A stretch of DNA of 64,000 nt from Auanema rhodensis (lineage: Eukaryota; Animalia; Nematoda): positions 10,974,001 to 11,038,000 of the forward strand of contig OZ059894.1 of the NCBI GenBank assembly GCA_964057225.1, read 5' to 3'. The position numbers and the translations under genes were made by a program. This document shows, in pieces, positions 31,932-45,843 of this stretch. The notes under the pieces were generated by a model. The model was not told the DNA's origin and ran no database searches. It saw only the letters and a list, made by a program, of their open reading frames with translations. Each line of letters starts with the position of its first letter. Position 1 is the first letter of the stretch.

Positions 31932-32050
31932 AGCTTACGACACCCGGGATTCCCAAGCCGTCTCCGATCCAAGTACTAACCTGGCCCAACGTTGCTTGAC
32001 TTGCCAGATCGGACGGGATGGCGTACTTTCAACGTGGTATGGTCGTAAGC
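31932..32050 (-). rRNA. 5S: 5S rRNA
   Basis: Array copy. Confidence 0.95.
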
Positions 32051-32192
32051 AATGTCATATTCTTCATTATCAGTTATATCACTCTAAATCTTGTTGTTAA
32101 TAGATACGACCACAAAGAAAACAACAGGAACAGTAACAATAACAAAAAAAATTTTTTTTTCACCTATGTGTCTAAAGGTTAGCCATGTATCC

Positions 32193-32228
<36 letters not shown>

Positions 32229-33409
32229 ACAGTAAAAAGTCCAATCAAGAGAGAAATTTTTTCAACACATAGTTGTTTTTTTTTTAAATATCATTGTTTT
32301 TCCTCATAACTCGGTTTAAACTCGTTCTAACCCGTTGAAATACGTCTAGAAAGTCTTTATAACATGCATATGTATGATAGAACTTCATATTTATTGTAAT
32401 AGAAAATTTTATTTTCAGACGTCTTGGTTAACAATGATATGTTTTACCCCGTTATAATTTTTATCATAATGTTCCTTATACGGAACGCTCAATGAAACTT
32501 GCTTCCAGAAAAATTTCTTTCTATTTTTTCTTCATATGTACGTAGATACTATAGAGAACTATGATAGAAAACTTTAACATTCACGAAATCATCATTTCTC
32601 ATTACGCTACGGAGGTTTAAAAAGCTGTGTTTTACCTTATAATAGACCGGAAAACCCTTGTGTTAAAACTGGACCGTTTTTACACATATAAAAATGTCCC
32701 GTATTCGGGACCCTAATGTAACTTTTGATTCCCTATATTTTTTTTCATGAAATTTACAATCTACTGTAGAAAGAAGAATTATTTTTATAAAAACTGTAAA
32801 TTTTTGAAAAATGAAAACAAAACGAAAACAAAAACAACTTTTTTTTGAACATTTTCTCACACAAGGGTCCCCCCTTACCTACTTTTTTTCTCATTACTCG
32901 TTTCAACCTCATCCGATCACTCTGCAAACATGTTTAATCGTTCTAACTTGTTGAAATACGTCTTAAAAGTCTAAACAACATGCATATGCATAATAGAAAC
33001 CACCCGAATAGGCCCCCACGCACTAAACGAGATATATACATTACCAGTATAGTAATAGAACACATATTGAAGATTAATTCGATAAGAACAATTTATTGAC
33101 GTAGAGAATGTTTGTTCCGAAAAACTACAATATTAAACTATAAAAGTAACAAAAGCGTAGAGGCAGCAAAGACATGAATAAACATAAATGTAAATACAGA
33201 ATTACCAGGTAGTACATAAGTATGACAAAAAATTATAAGAAAGCCATGAAAATAGAAGGTTTGTGAACAAATGAGAGGTACATCTTTGATCGTATAGTCA
33301 TTTCTAAACCGTTCGTATGCTGCAGCATCGTCATAAGCGTCACTCAAGTTGAATTTCCATGTGTACTACACGATTTTCATTCTTATTGTTACATTCTTTC
33401 CCTGAGGGA

Positions 33410-33594
33410 ATGGGCCGTTCCCGCCAGCAGTGCAAGAGCGGGTCGACCCGTGAGGTGGAGCTAGCAAGCCAGCATCTACCTCAAGTCTCAAAAATCGGTT
33501 AACCTTATTGTGAACCAATGGAACACATATCGAAGGTTAATTCGATAAGAACGATTACTACACTTTGATCTTAGCCAAAAGGCCGAGAAGCGAT
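33410..33594 (-). ncRNA. U2: U2 snRNA
   Basis: Array copy. Confidence 0.95.
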
Positions 33595-34036
33595 ACAGCA
33601 TAGCCATGAGTATCAAAGACATCAAGCAAATGTATCGTACTTGTTACGAGTGCACTCTCTCATTTGAATATAAAAGTGTGGTTTGACAATCTTGACTGTA
33701 CAGGTCATAAATGGCTCATATAAACTGTGGATTTACTCAACTTTTGGACTTATTTTTTTCTTATTCGAAGCGCTGCACTTTTTTCTATTCTTTTTATTCA
33801 AATACTTGTATATAGTTTTATATGTACGGTTGCAAAGTTTCCGAATATTTTATATATTTTTATACAATAACTAGGAGAAGGTTAATACAATGAAATCTCC
33901 CAACTTTACAGTGTTTGTATTGCTTACAGTATCTAGAACAACCACTCTTGTAATATTAGAGCACATATCAATCAACAACTTTTTCTAGTTATCAAAGCTT
34001 TTTTATTTCTTCAAGATATTTCAAATAAAATATAAA

Positions 34037-34155
34037 AGCTTACGACACCCGGGATTCCCAAGCCGTCTCCGATCCAAGTACTAACCGGGCCCAACGTTGC
34101 TTGACTTGCCAGATCGGACGGGATGGCGTACTTTCAACGTGGTATGGTCGTAAGC
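34037..34155 (-). rRNA. 5S: 5S rRNA
   Basis: Array copy. Confidence 0.95.
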
Positions 34156-34396
34156 AATGTTATATTCTTCATTATCAGTTATATCACTCTAAATCTTGTT
34201 GTTAATAGTTAGGACCACAAAGAAAACAACAGGAACAGTAACAAATGAAATGCCCAAACTTTACAGTGTTCGAGTTATTTACAGTATCTAAGACTACCTC
34301 TGTCGTGTTATTAGAGCAAACATTCGATTAACAACAACTTTTTTTTAGTTATCAAAGCTTTTTTATTTCTTCAAAAAATTTCAAATAAAATATAAA

Positions 34397-34515
34397 AGCT
34401 TACGACACCCGGGATTCCCAAGCCGTCTCCGATCCAAGTACTAACCGGCCCCAACGTTGCTTGACTTGCCAGATCGGACGGGATGGCGTACTTTCAACGT
34501 GGTATGGTCGTAAGC
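34397..34515 (-). rRNA. 5S: 5S rRNA
   Basis: Array copy. Confidence 0.95.
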
Positions 34516-35854
34516 AATGTCATATTCTTCATTATCAGTTATATCACTCTAAATCTTGTTGTTAATAGATACGACCACAAAGAAAACAACAGGAACAGTA
34601 ACAATAACAAAAAAAATTTTTTTTTCACCTATGTGTCTAAAGGTTAGCCATGTATCCGTTTATATATATATCAACAGTAAAAAGTCCAATCAAGAGAGAA
34701 ATTTTTTCAACACATAGTTGTTTTTTTTTTAAATATCATTGTTTTTCCTCATAACTCGGTTTAAACTCGTTCTAACCCGTTGAAATACGTCTAGAAAGTC
34801 TTTATAACATGCATATGTATGATAGAACTTCATATTTATTGTAATAGAAAATTTTATTTTCAGACGTCTTGGTTAACAATGATATGTTTTACCCCCTTAT
34901 AATTTTTATCATAATGTTCCTTATACGGAACGCTCAATGAAACTTGCTTCCAGAAAAATTTCTTTCTATTTTTTCTTCATATGTACGTAGATACTATAGA
35001 GAACTATGATAGAAAACTTTAACATTCACGAAATCATCATTTCTCATTACGCTACGGAGGTTTAAAAAGCTGTGTTTTACCTTATAATAGACCGGAAAAC
35101 CCTTGTGTTAAAACTGGACCGTTTTTACACATATAAAAATGTCCCGTATTCGGGACCCTAATGTAACTTTTGATTCCCTATATTTTTTTTCATGAAATTT
35201 ACAATCTACTGTAGAAAGAAGAATTATTTTTATAAAAACTGTAAATTTTTGAAAAATGAAAACAAAACGAAAACAAAAACAACTTTTTTTTGAACATTTT
35301 CTCACACAAGGGTCCCCCCTTACCTACTTTTTTTCTCATTACTCGTTTCAACCTCATCCGATCACTCTGCAAACATGTTTAATCGTTCTAACTTGTTGAA
35401 ATACGTCTTAAAAGTCTGAACAACATGCATATGCATAATAGAAACCACCCGAATAGGCCCCCACGCACTAAACGAGATATATACATTACCAGTATAGTAA
35501 TAGAACACATATTGAAGATTAATTCGATAAGAACAATTTATTGACGTAGAGAATGTTTGTTCCGAAAAACTACAATATTAAACTATAAAAGTAACAAAAG
35601 CGTAGAGGCAGCAAAGACATGAATAAACATAAATGTAAATACAGAATTACCAGGTAGTACATAAGTATGACAAAAAATTATAAGAAAGCCATGAAAATAG
35701 AAGGTTTGTGAACAAATGAGAGGTACATCTTTGATCGTATAGTCATTTCTAAACCGTTCGTATGCTGCAGCATCGTCATAAGCGTCACTCAAGTTGAATT
35801 TCCATGTGTACTACACGATTTTCATTCTTATTGTTACATTCTTTCCCTGAGGGA

Positions 35855-36002
35855 ATGGGCCGTTCCCGCCAGCAGTGCAAGAGCGGGTCGACCCGTGAGG
35901 TGGAGCTAGCAAGCCAGCATCTACCTCAAGTCTCAAAAATCGGTTAACCTTATTGTGAACCAATGGAACACATATCGAAGGTTAATTCGATAAGAACGAT
36001 TA
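35855..36002 (-). pseudogene. U2: U2 snRNA 3' part left by retrotransposon insertion
   Basis: Same junction as 27146. Confidence 0.93.
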
Positions 36003-38638
36003 ATGGTTTATTGAATAACTAATGTTATGATACAATAACTAACCAATAAGAAAGAGCCCAGAACCGGGGAGACGGTCTTACCAGTACAACTTCAAACAGC
36101 AAGTGATTAAAAAGTACATAATAAGACAGATTACCAACAGGGGCTAAAACAACTCAAGAGTCGGGGGAGTGGGTTAAAAAAGTAATGAATAACAAAAAAA
36201 AAAAAAATGAATACTAAAGCAGAACAATGAAAATTAAATATCAAGTACCGCTATGATCAGACAATTTGAGTGCCTACGGCAATGGTGTTAAAAATAAACA
36301 ACAAAATACATGTACCAATGAAGGTCAGAAAGAAAGAAAAAAAGACAAAAATAAGTAATACAAAAAGTAAATACATTACAATCGAATCACAAACAAGTCA
36401 ATGGATAATTTCTTCTTCATACTGGCTTACACCAGAAACATGTTCCACGTAGATATTCCTGGCCCACTTGATGGTATCGGCGACGACGAGCTTCTCCATT
36501 AGCCGGTTGTAGTGGCTGCTGATCTTGAGTGATCGAAGGGCTTGTCCGTTGAGCGGGTCCATAGTTCCAAGCATTCCTACGACATACGCTTCTACACTAG
36601 TCTTATAACCAAGACATTGGTATTGGCTGGCTATGTCAGCATATTTCCTCTCCTTTATCATACGCGCGGCTATCATGGCTTGTCGGCGGTTTTCATAGCT
36701 CACTGTAACATCAACGATACTATAGTGTTTTGCGTCATGATTGACCACTACTATGTCAGGTCGGAGTGTACTATTAATGCCAGGAAGAGGCTGGTTAGTG
36801 TAAACTTCTCCGTTTTTAGGCTCTGGCAGTGCTTTGATAAGACGGTCCACGATGTTGTTGTGGCGGAGTTGGATTGCTCTCGTGTGAGAGTGGCAGTGTC
36901 CAAGAACATGTGCAGCAGTTTCGTTGGAGTAACTACACCTGCGGCACTGTTTGTTTCCTTCTCCGTGTCTTCTACAGCCATTGAGCTGGAGAGTATTGAG
37001 TCGAGCCTTGTGGATGAATCGCCAATCAGCAAACCGTATGAAATCTCCCTTCGCCATAAAGTGATTGGACGCTTTGTTGAGCATTGTGACATCAAAGACT
37101 TTCCCTTGATCCGGTTTTTGAAGAAGGATCCGAAGGTCTTTCAGCCATAATGCACGTCGCAGGCTTCTGTGGCATAGTGAAGGTGTTAACAGTTGGTTGT
37201 TTAGATTGAGTTCTAAACCACTTTCGAGGCATGTCCAGTTAGCGTTGATGAGTTTCTTGAGTTGACGCATTGCTACTCTTACTCTAGTCCAGATGGAGGA
37301 AACATCAGATGTTTCGGTGTCGAAAATGCCATCAACGGAACCGTTGTAATATGCAGCTGTCTCATCGTTACTGGCTTGACGTTTAATCCTTTTTGATGCT
37401 ACTTTTTTTGAGTCTTGATGCGCAATATCAGCTACTACAAGATCAGATGACTTCAAAAGTTGGTAGGCATGAGTGACTTCACAGACGTCTGACAGGTGTT
37501 GGAGTCGAGAGAGACCAAGTCCGCCGTAGTTAGTTGGCAGGTAGATTGGTTCAGCACTGGCGTTTGGAGGATAGTGCATCCATCTACGGGCACAACGTTT
37601 GAGTTCTTTGTCAAAGGCGACTAGTTTACTCTTTGGGACGTGGCCATTCGTCATATGAAAATTAAGGCAGGGCATCAGGAAGGTGCGTACTGCGTCAGCT
37701 TTCTGCCATTCAGCAAGTAAGGATTTGTCAATTTTTTCCAAGTGTTGACTCATAATATTCACTGTTGGAACCGCAGACTTATGTAAATGCATTCCAGTAG
37801 GGATTCCCAGGTGGGAGTAGCTGTCAAATTTGCTAAGAGCGGGTAGAGAGCAGCTCTGAAGCATGTATGAAGCTGTTGATATTTTCCCTTTGTCGATCGT
37901 CAAAGTGGCGCATTTCGCTGGTTTGAAGGTTAAGCCTGTGAAATTAGCCGCATTTGATGCTGCGTCCAACATTTTCTGTAGATCTTCTGATGATGAGGAG
38001 ACCAGGGCAAGGTCATCGGCGTACGCTAGCACAGCGATGTTGTGGTTGTGTAGCTTATAGCCTGTAGAAGTTTCCAAGATGGTTTTAATTAGAGGTTCAA
38101 TGGCAAGGTTGAACAGGATTGGAGATAGTGGGGATCCTTGTAACACACCTGCGTGAACTGGGATGGTCGAAGTGAGTCCGGATCCTGTCTGGATTCTTGT
38201 AGAGGCATCTGTGTATAGAGCTCGTACTCGGGATATTGAGGCTTCAGCCATTCCTGACCATCTTAGAACGTCTAGCAGAGTTTCGTGTGGCAGCGATCCA
38301 AAAGCGTTTGCGAGATCAAGCCAAGCAATTGCAATTTTCTCACGTTTACGTTTAGCGTCTGCAATGGTACTTTGCAACAAAAAGTTGTGTTCCATGCATC
38401 CAGCTTTGGCCACAAAGCCCTTTTGGGAGGGAGAAAGTCTTTTTTCTGCTCTTGCCCATGTTAGCAGTCGATGCGTAAGACAAGCTGAGTACGTCTTACC
38501 AATTGTGCACGAAAGTGCTATTGGTCGCCAGTTGTTAATGTCAGCTTTATCACCTTTCTTATGGATGAGGACGGTGGTCGACTCTTTCCAGGAAAAAGGG
38601 ATGTGTCCTAGCTTGTGTACGGTGTTAAAAATCGCAAA
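36003..38638 (-). mobile_element. 5'-truncated Utopia/NeSL-like element, copy 2 (duplicate of copy 1)
   Basis: Same protein, same 5' truncation and A/T filler as copy 1. Confidence 0.92.
36398..38638 (-). CDS. N-terminally truncated RT / RLE protein
   Basis: Translation identical to copy 1. Confidence 0.92.
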   Translation of the reverse strand, partial: FAIFNTVHKLGHIPFSWKESTTVLIHKKGDKADINNWRPIALSCTIGKTYSACLTHRLLTWARAEKRLSPSQKGFVAKAGCMEHNFLLQSTIADAKRKREKIAIAWLDLANAFGSLPHETLLDVLRWSGMAEASISRVRALYTDASTRIQTGSGLTSTIPVHAGVLQGSPLSPILFNLAIEPLIKTILETSTGYKLHNHNIAVLAYADDLALVSSSSEDLQKMLDAASNAANFTGLTFKPAKCATLTIDKGKISTASYMLQSCSLPALSKFDSYSHLGIPTGMHLHKSAVPTVNIMSQHLEKIDKSLLAEWQKADAVRTFLMPCLNFHMTNGHVPKSKLVAFDKELKRCARRWMHYPPNASAEPIYLPTNYGGLGLSRLQHLSDVCEVTHAYQLLKSSDLVVADIAHQDSKKVASKRIKRQASNDETAAYYNGSVDGIFDTETSDVSSIWTRVRVAMRQLKKLINANWTCLESGLELNLNNQLLTPSLCHRSLRRALWLKDLRILLQKPDQGKVFDVTMLNKASNHFMAKGDFIRFADWRFIHKARLNTLQLNGCRRHGEGNKQCRRCSYSNETAAHVLGHCHSHTRAIQLRHNNIVDRLIKALPEPKNGEVYTNQPLPGINSTLRPDIVVVNHDAKHYSIVDVTVSYENRRQAMIAARMIKERKYADIASQYQCLGYKTSVEAYVVGMLGTMDPLNGQALRSLKISSHYNRLMEKLVVADTIKWARNIYVEHVSGVSQYEEEIIH

Positions 38639-39801
38639 TAAAAATTAAAAAAAAAAATTTAAAAATAAAAATTTTTTAAATATCATTGTTTTTCCTCATA
38701 ACTCGGTTTAAACTCGTTCTAACCCGTTGAAATACGTCTAGAAAGTCTTTATAACATGCATATGTATGATAGAACTTCATATTTATTGTAATAGAAAATT
38801 TTATTTTCAGACGTCTTGGTTAACAATGATATGTTTTACCCCCTTATAATTTTTATCATAATGTTCCTTATACGGAACGCTCAATGAAACTTGCTTCCAG
38901 AAAAATTTCTTTCTATTTTTTCTTCATATGTACGTAGATACTATAGAGAACTATGATAGAAAACTTTAACATTCACGAAATCATCATTTCTCATTACGCT
39001 ACGGAGGTTTAAAAAGCTGTGTTTTACCTTATAATAGACCGGAAAACCCTTGTGTTAAAACTGGACCGTTTTTACACATATAAAAATGTCCCGTATTCGG
39101 GACCCTAATGTAACTTTTGATTCCCTATATTTTTTTTCATGAAATTTACAATCTACTGTAGAAAGAAGAATTATTTTTATAAAAACTGTAAATTTTTGAA
39201 AAATGAAAACAAAACGAAAACAAAAACAACTTTTTTTTGAACATTTTCTCACACAAGGGTCCCCCCTTACCTACTTTTTTTCTCATTACTCGTTTCAACC
39301 TCATCCGATCACTCTGCAAACATGTTTAATCGTTCTAACTTGTTGAAATACGTCTTAAAAGTCTAAACAACATGCATATGCATAATAGAAACCACCCGAA
39401 TAGGCCCCCACGCACTAAACGAGATATATACATTACCAGTATAGTAATAGAACACATATTGAAGATTAATTCGATAAGAACAATTTATTGACGTAGAGAA
39501 TGTTTGTTCCGAAAAACTACAATATTAAACTATAAAAGTAACAAAAGCGTAGAGGCAGCAAAGACATGAATAAACATAAATGTAAATACAGAATTACCAG
39601 GTAGTACATAAGTATGACAAAAAATTATAAGAAAGCCATGAAAATAGAAGGTTTGTGAACAAATGAGAGGTACATCTTTGATCGTATAGTCATTTCTAAA
39701 CCGTTCGTATGCTGCAGCATCGTCATAAGCGTCACTCAAGTTGAATTTCCATGTGTACTACACGATTTTCATTCTTATTGTTACATTCTTTCCCTGAGGG
39801 A

Positions 39802-39986
39802 ATGGGCCGTTCCCGCCAGCAGTGCAAGAGCGGGTCGACCCGTGAGGTGGAGCTAGCAAGCCAGCATCTACCTCAAGTCTCAAAAATCGGTTAACCTTAT
39901 TGTGAACCAATGGAACACATATCGAAGGTTAATTCGATAAGAACGATTACTACACTTTGATCTTAGCCAAAAGGCCGAGAAGCGAT
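39802..39986 (-). ncRNA. U2: U2 snRNA
   Basis: Array copy. Confidence 0.95.
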
Positions 39987-40428
39987 ACAGCATAGCCATG
40001 AGTATCAAAGACATCAAGCAAATGTATCGTACTTGTTACGAGTGCACTCTCTCATTTGAATATAAAAGTGTGGTTTGACAATCTTGACTGTACAGGTCAT
40101 AAATGGCTCATATAAACTGTGGATTTACTCAACTTTTGGACTTATTTTTTTCTTATTCGAAGCGCTGCACTTTTTTCTATTCTTTTTATTCAAATACTTG
40201 TATATAGTTTTATATGTACGGTTGCAAAGTTTCCGAATATTTTATATATTTTTATACAATAATTAGGAGAAGGTTAATACAATGAAATCTCCCAACTTTA
40301 CAGTGTTTGTATTGCTTACAGTATCTAGAACAACCACTCTTGTAATATTAGAGCACATATCAATCAACAACTTTTTCTAGTTATCAAAGCTTTTTTATTT
40401 CTTCAAGATATTTCAAATAAAATATAAA

Positions 40429-40547
40429 AGCTTACGACACCCGGGATTCCCAAGCCGTCTCCGATCCAAGTACTAACCGGGCCCAACGTTGCTTGACTTG
40501 CCAGATCGGACGGGATGGCGTACTTTCAACGTGGTATGGTCGTAAGC
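40429..40547 (-). rRNA. 5S: 5S rRNA
   Basis: Array copy. Confidence 0.95.
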
Positions 40548-40788
40548 AATGTTATATTCTTCATTATCAGTTATATCACTCTAAATCTTGTTGTTAATAG
40601 TTAGGACCACAAAGAAAACAACAGGAACAGTAACAAATGAAATGCCCAAACTTTACAGTGTTCGAGTTATTTACAGTATCTAAGACTACCTCTGTCGTGT
40701 TATTAGAGCAAACATTCGATTAACAACAACTTTTTTTTAGTTATCAAAGCTTTTTTATTTCTTCAAAAAATTTCAAATAAAATATAAA

Positions 40789-40907
40789 AGCTTACGACAC
40801 CCGGGATTCCCAAGCCGTCTCCGATCCAAGTACTAACCGGGCCCAACGTTGCTTGACTTGCCAGATCGGACGGGATGGCGTACTTTCAACGTGGTATGGT
40901 CGTAAGC
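40789..40907 (-). rRNA. 5S: 5S rRNA
   Basis: Array copy. Confidence 0.95.
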
Positions 40908-41049
40908 AATGTCATATTCTTCATTATCAGTTATATCACTCTAAATCTTGTTGTTAATAGATACGACCACAAAGAAAACAACAGGAACAGTAACAATAAC
41001 AAAAAAAATTTTTTTTTCACCTATGTGTCTAAAGGTTAGCCATGTATCC

Positions 41050-41091
<42 letters not shown>

Positions 41092-42272
41092 ACAGTAAAA
41101 AGTCCAATCAAGAGAGAAATTTTTTCAACACATAGTTGTTTTTTTTTTAAATATCATTGTTTTTCCTCATAACTCGGTTTAAACTCGTTCTAACCCGTTG
41201 AAATACGTCTAGAAAGTCTTTATAACATGCATATGTATGATAGAACTTCATATTTATTGTAATAGAAAATTTTATTTTCAGACGTCTTGGTTAACAATGA
41301 TATGTTTTACCCCCTTATAATTTTTATCATAATGTTCCTTATACGGAACGCTCAATGAAACTTGCTTCCAGAAAAATTTCTTTCTATTTTTTCTTCATAT
41401 GTACGTAGATACTATAGAGAACTATGATAGAAAACTTTAACATTCACGAAATCATCATTTCTCATTACGCTACGGAGGTTTAAAAAGCTGTGTTTTACCT
41501 TATAATAGACCGGAAAACCCTTGTGTTAAAACTGGACCGTTTTTACACATATAAAAATGTCCCGTATTCGGGACCCTAATGTAACTTTTGATTCCCTATA
41601 TTTTTTTTCATGAAATTTACAATCTACTGTAGAAAGAAGAATTATTTTTATAAAAACTGTAAATTTTTGAAAAATGAAAACAAAACGAAAACAAAAACAA
41701 CTTTTTTTTGAACATTTTCTCACACAAGGGTCCCCCCTTACCTACTTTTTTTCTCATTACTCGTTTCAACCTCATCCGATCACTCTGCAAACATGTTTAA
41801 TCGTTCTAACTTGTTGAAATACGTCTTAAAAGTCTAAACAACATGCATATGCATAATAGAAACCACCCGAATAGGCCCCCACGCACTAAACGAGATATAT
41901 ACATTACCAGTATAGTAATAGAACACATATTGAAGATTAATTCGATAAGAACAATTTATTGACGTAGAGAATGTTTGTTCCGAAAAACTACAATATTAAA
42001 CTATAAAAGTAACAAAAGCGTAGAGGCAGCAAAGACATGAATAAACATAAATGTAAATACAGAATTACCAGGTAGTACATAAGTATGACAAAAAATTATA
42101 AGAAAGCCATGAAAATAGAAGGTTTGTGAACAAATGAGAGGTACATCTTTGATCGTATAGTCATTTCTAAACCGTTCGTATGCTGCAGCATCGTCATAAG
42201 CGTCACTCAAGTTGAATTTCCATGTGTACTACACGATTTTCATTCTTATTGTTACATTCTTTCCCTGAGGGA

Positions 42273-42457
42273 ATGGGCCGTTCCCGCCAGCAGTGCAAGA
42301 GCGGGTCGACCCGTGAGGTGGAGCTAGCAAGCCAGCATCTACCTCAAGTCTCAAAAATCGGTTAACCTTATTGTGAACCAATGGAACACATATCGAAGGT
42401 TAATTCGATAAGAACGATTACTACACTTTGATCTTAGCCAAAAGGCCGAGAAGCGAT
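42273..42457 (-). ncRNA. U2: U2 snRNA
   Basis: Array copy. Confidence 0.95.
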
Positions 42458-42899
42458 ACAGCATAGCCATGAGTATCAAAGACATCAAGCAAATGTATCG
42501 TACTTGTTACGAGTGCACTCTCTCATTTGAATATAAAAGTGTGGTTTGACAATCTTGACTGTACAGGTCATAAATGGCTCATATAAACTGTGGATTTACT
42601 CAACTTTTGGACTTATTTTTTTCTTATTCGAAGCGCTGCACTTTTTTCTATTCTTTTTATTCAAATACTTGTATATAGTTTTATATGTACGGTTGCAAAG
42701 TTTCCGAATATTTTATATATTTTTATACAATAATTAGGAGAAGGTTAATACAATGAAATCTCCCAACTTTACAGTGTTTGTATTGCTTACAGTATCTAGA
42801 ACAACCACTCTTGTAATATTAGAGCACATATCAATCAACAACTTTTTCTAGTTATCAAAGCTTTTTTATTTCTTCAAGATATTTCAAATAAAATATAAA

Positions 42900-43018
42900 A
42901 GCTTACGACACCCGGGATTCCCAAGCCGTCTCCGATCCAAGTACTAACCGGGCCCAACGTTGCTTGACTTGCCAGATCGGACGGGATGGCGTACTTTCAA
43001 CGTGGTATGGTCGTAAGC
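42900..43018 (-). rRNA. 5S: 5S rRNA
   Basis: Array copy. Confidence 0.95.
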
Positions 43019-43259
43019 AATGTTATATTCTTCATTATCAGTTATATCACTCTAAATCTTGTTGTTAATAGTTAGGACCACAAAGAAAACAACAGGAACA
43101 GTAACAAATGAAATGCCCAAACTTTACAGTGTTCGAGTTATTTACAGTATCTAAGACTACCTCTGTCGTGTTATTAGAGCAAACATTCGATTAACAACAA
43201 CTTTTTTTTAGTTATCAAAGCTTTTTTATTTCTTCAAAAAATTTCAAATAAAATATAAA

Positions 43260-43378
43260 AGCTTACGACACCCGGGATTCCCAAGCCGTCTCCGATCCAA
43301 GTACTAACCGGGCCCAACGTTGCTTGACTTGCCAGATCGGACGGGATGGCGTACTTTCAACGTGGTATGGTCGTAAGC
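43260..43378 (-). rRNA. 5S: 5S rRNA
   Basis: Array copy. Confidence 0.95.
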
Positions 43379-43520
43379 AATGTCATATTCTTCATTATCA
43401 GTTATATCACTCTAAATCTTGTTGTTAATAGATACGACCACAAAGAAAACAACAGGAACAGTAACAATAACAAAAAAAATTTTTTTTTCACCTATGTGTC
43501 TAAAGGTTAGCCATGTATCC

Positions 43521-43556
<36 letters not shown>

Positions 43557-44737
43557 ACAGTAAAAAGTCCAATCAAGAGAGAAATTTTTTCAACACATAG
43601 TTGTTTTTTTTTTAAATATCATTGTTTTTCCTCATAACTCGGTTTAAACTCGTTCTAACCCGTTGAAATACGTCTAGAAAGTCTTTATAACATGCATATG
43701 TATGATAGAACTTCATATTTATTGTAATAGAAAATTTTATTTTCAGACGTCTTGGTTAACAATGATATGTTTTACCCCCTTATAATTTTTATCATAATGT
43801 TCCTTATACGGAACGCTCAATGAAACTTGCTTCCAGAAAAATTTCTTTCTATTTTTTCTTCATATGTACGTAGATACTATAGAGAACTATGATAGAAAAC
43901 TTTAACATTCACGAAATCATCATTTCTCATTACGCTACGGAGGTTTAAAAAGCTGTGTTTTACCTTATAATAGACCGGAAAACCCTTGTGTTAAAACTGG
44001 ACCGTTTTTACACATATAAAAATGTCCCGTATTCGGGACCCTAATGTAACTTTTGATTCCCTATATTTTTTTTCATGAAATTTACAATCTACTGTAGAAA
44101 GAAGAATTATTTTTATAAAAACTGTAAATTTTTGAAAAATGAAAACAAAACGAAAACAAAAACAACTTTTTTTTGAACATTTTCTCACACAAGGGTCCCC
44201 CCTTACCTACTTTTTTTCTCATTACTCGTTTCAACCTCATCCGATCACTCTGCAAACATGTTTAATCGTTCTAACTTGTTGAAATACGTCTTAAAAGTCT
44301 AAACAACATGCATATGCATAATAGAAACCACCCGAATAGGCCCCCACGCACTAAACGAGATATATACATTACCAGTATAGTAATAGAACACATATTGAAG
44401 ATTAATTCGATAAGAACAATTTATTGACGTAGAGAATGTTTGTTCCGAAAAACTACAATATTAAACTATAAAAGTAACAAAAGCGTAGAGGCAGCAAAGA
44501 CATGAATAAACATAAATGTAAATACAGAATTACCAGGTAGTACATAAGTATGACAAAAAATTATAAGAAAGCCATGAAAATAGAAGGTTTGTGAACAAAT
44601 GAGAGGTACATCTTTGATCGTATAGTCATTTCTAAACCGTTCGTATGCTGCAGCATCGTCATAAGCGTCACTCAAGTTGAATTTCCATGTGTACTACACG
44701 ATTTTCATTCTTATTGTTACATTCTTTCCCTGAGGGA

Positions 44738-44922
44738 ATGGGCCGTTCCCGCCAGCAGTGCAAGAGCGGGTCGACCCGTGAGGTGGAGCTAGCAAGCCAG
44801 CATCTACCTCAAGTCTCAAAAATCGGTTAACCTTATTGTGAACCAATGGAACACATATCGAAGGTTAATTCGATAAGAACGATTACTACACTTTGATCTT
44901 AGCCAAAAGGCCGAGAAGCGAT
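44738..44922 (-). ncRNA. U2: U2 snRNA
   Basis: Array copy. Confidence 0.95.
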
Positions 44923-45364
44923 ACAGCATAGCCATGAGTATCAAAGACATCAAGCAAATGTATCGTACTTGTTACGAGTGCACTCTCTCATTTGAATATA
45001 AAAGTGTGGTTTGACAATCTTGACTGTACAGGTCATAAATGGCTCATATAAACTGTGGATTTACTCAACTTTTGGACTTATTTTTTTCTTATTCGAAGCG
45101 CTGCACTTTTTTCTATTCTTTTTATTCAAATACTTGTATATAGTTTTATATGTACGGTTGCAAAGTTTCCGAATATTTTATATATTTTTATACAATAATT
45201 AGGAGAAGGTTAATACAATGAAATCTCCCAACTTTACAGTGTTTGTATTGCTTACAGTATCTAGAACAACCACTCTTGTAATATTAGAGCACATATCAAT
45301 CAACAACTTTTTCTAGTTATCAAAGCTTTTTTATTTCTTCAAGATATTTCAAATAAAATATAAA

Positions 45365-45483
45365 AGCTTACGACACCCGGGATTCCCAAGCCGTCTCCGA
45401 TCCAAGTACTAACCGGGCCCAACGTTGCTTGACTTGCCAGATCGGACGGGATGGCGTACTTTCAACGTGGTATGGTCGTAAGC
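45365..45483 (-). rRNA. 5S: 5S rRNA
   Basis: Array copy. Confidence 0.95.
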
Positions 45484-45724
45484 AATGTTATATTCTTCAT
45501 TATCAGTTATATCACTCTAAATCTTGTTGTTAATAGTTAGGACCACAAAGAAAACAACAGGAACAGTAACAAATGAAATGCCCAAACTTTACAGTGTTCG
45601 AGTTATTTACAGTATCTAAGACTACCTCTGTCGTGTTATTAGAGCAAACATTCGATTAACAACAACTTTTTTTTAGTTATCAAAGCTTTTTTATTTCTTC
45701 AAAAAATTTCAAATAAAATATAAA

Positions 45725-45843
45725 AGCTTACGACACCCGGGATTCCCAAGCCGTCTCCGATCCAAGTACTAACCGGGCCCAACGTTGCTTGACTTGCCAG
45801 ATCGGACGGGATGGCGTACTTTCAACGTGGTATGGTCGTAAGC
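45725..45843 (-). rRNA. 5S: 5S rRNA
   Basis: Array copy. Confidence 0.95.
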
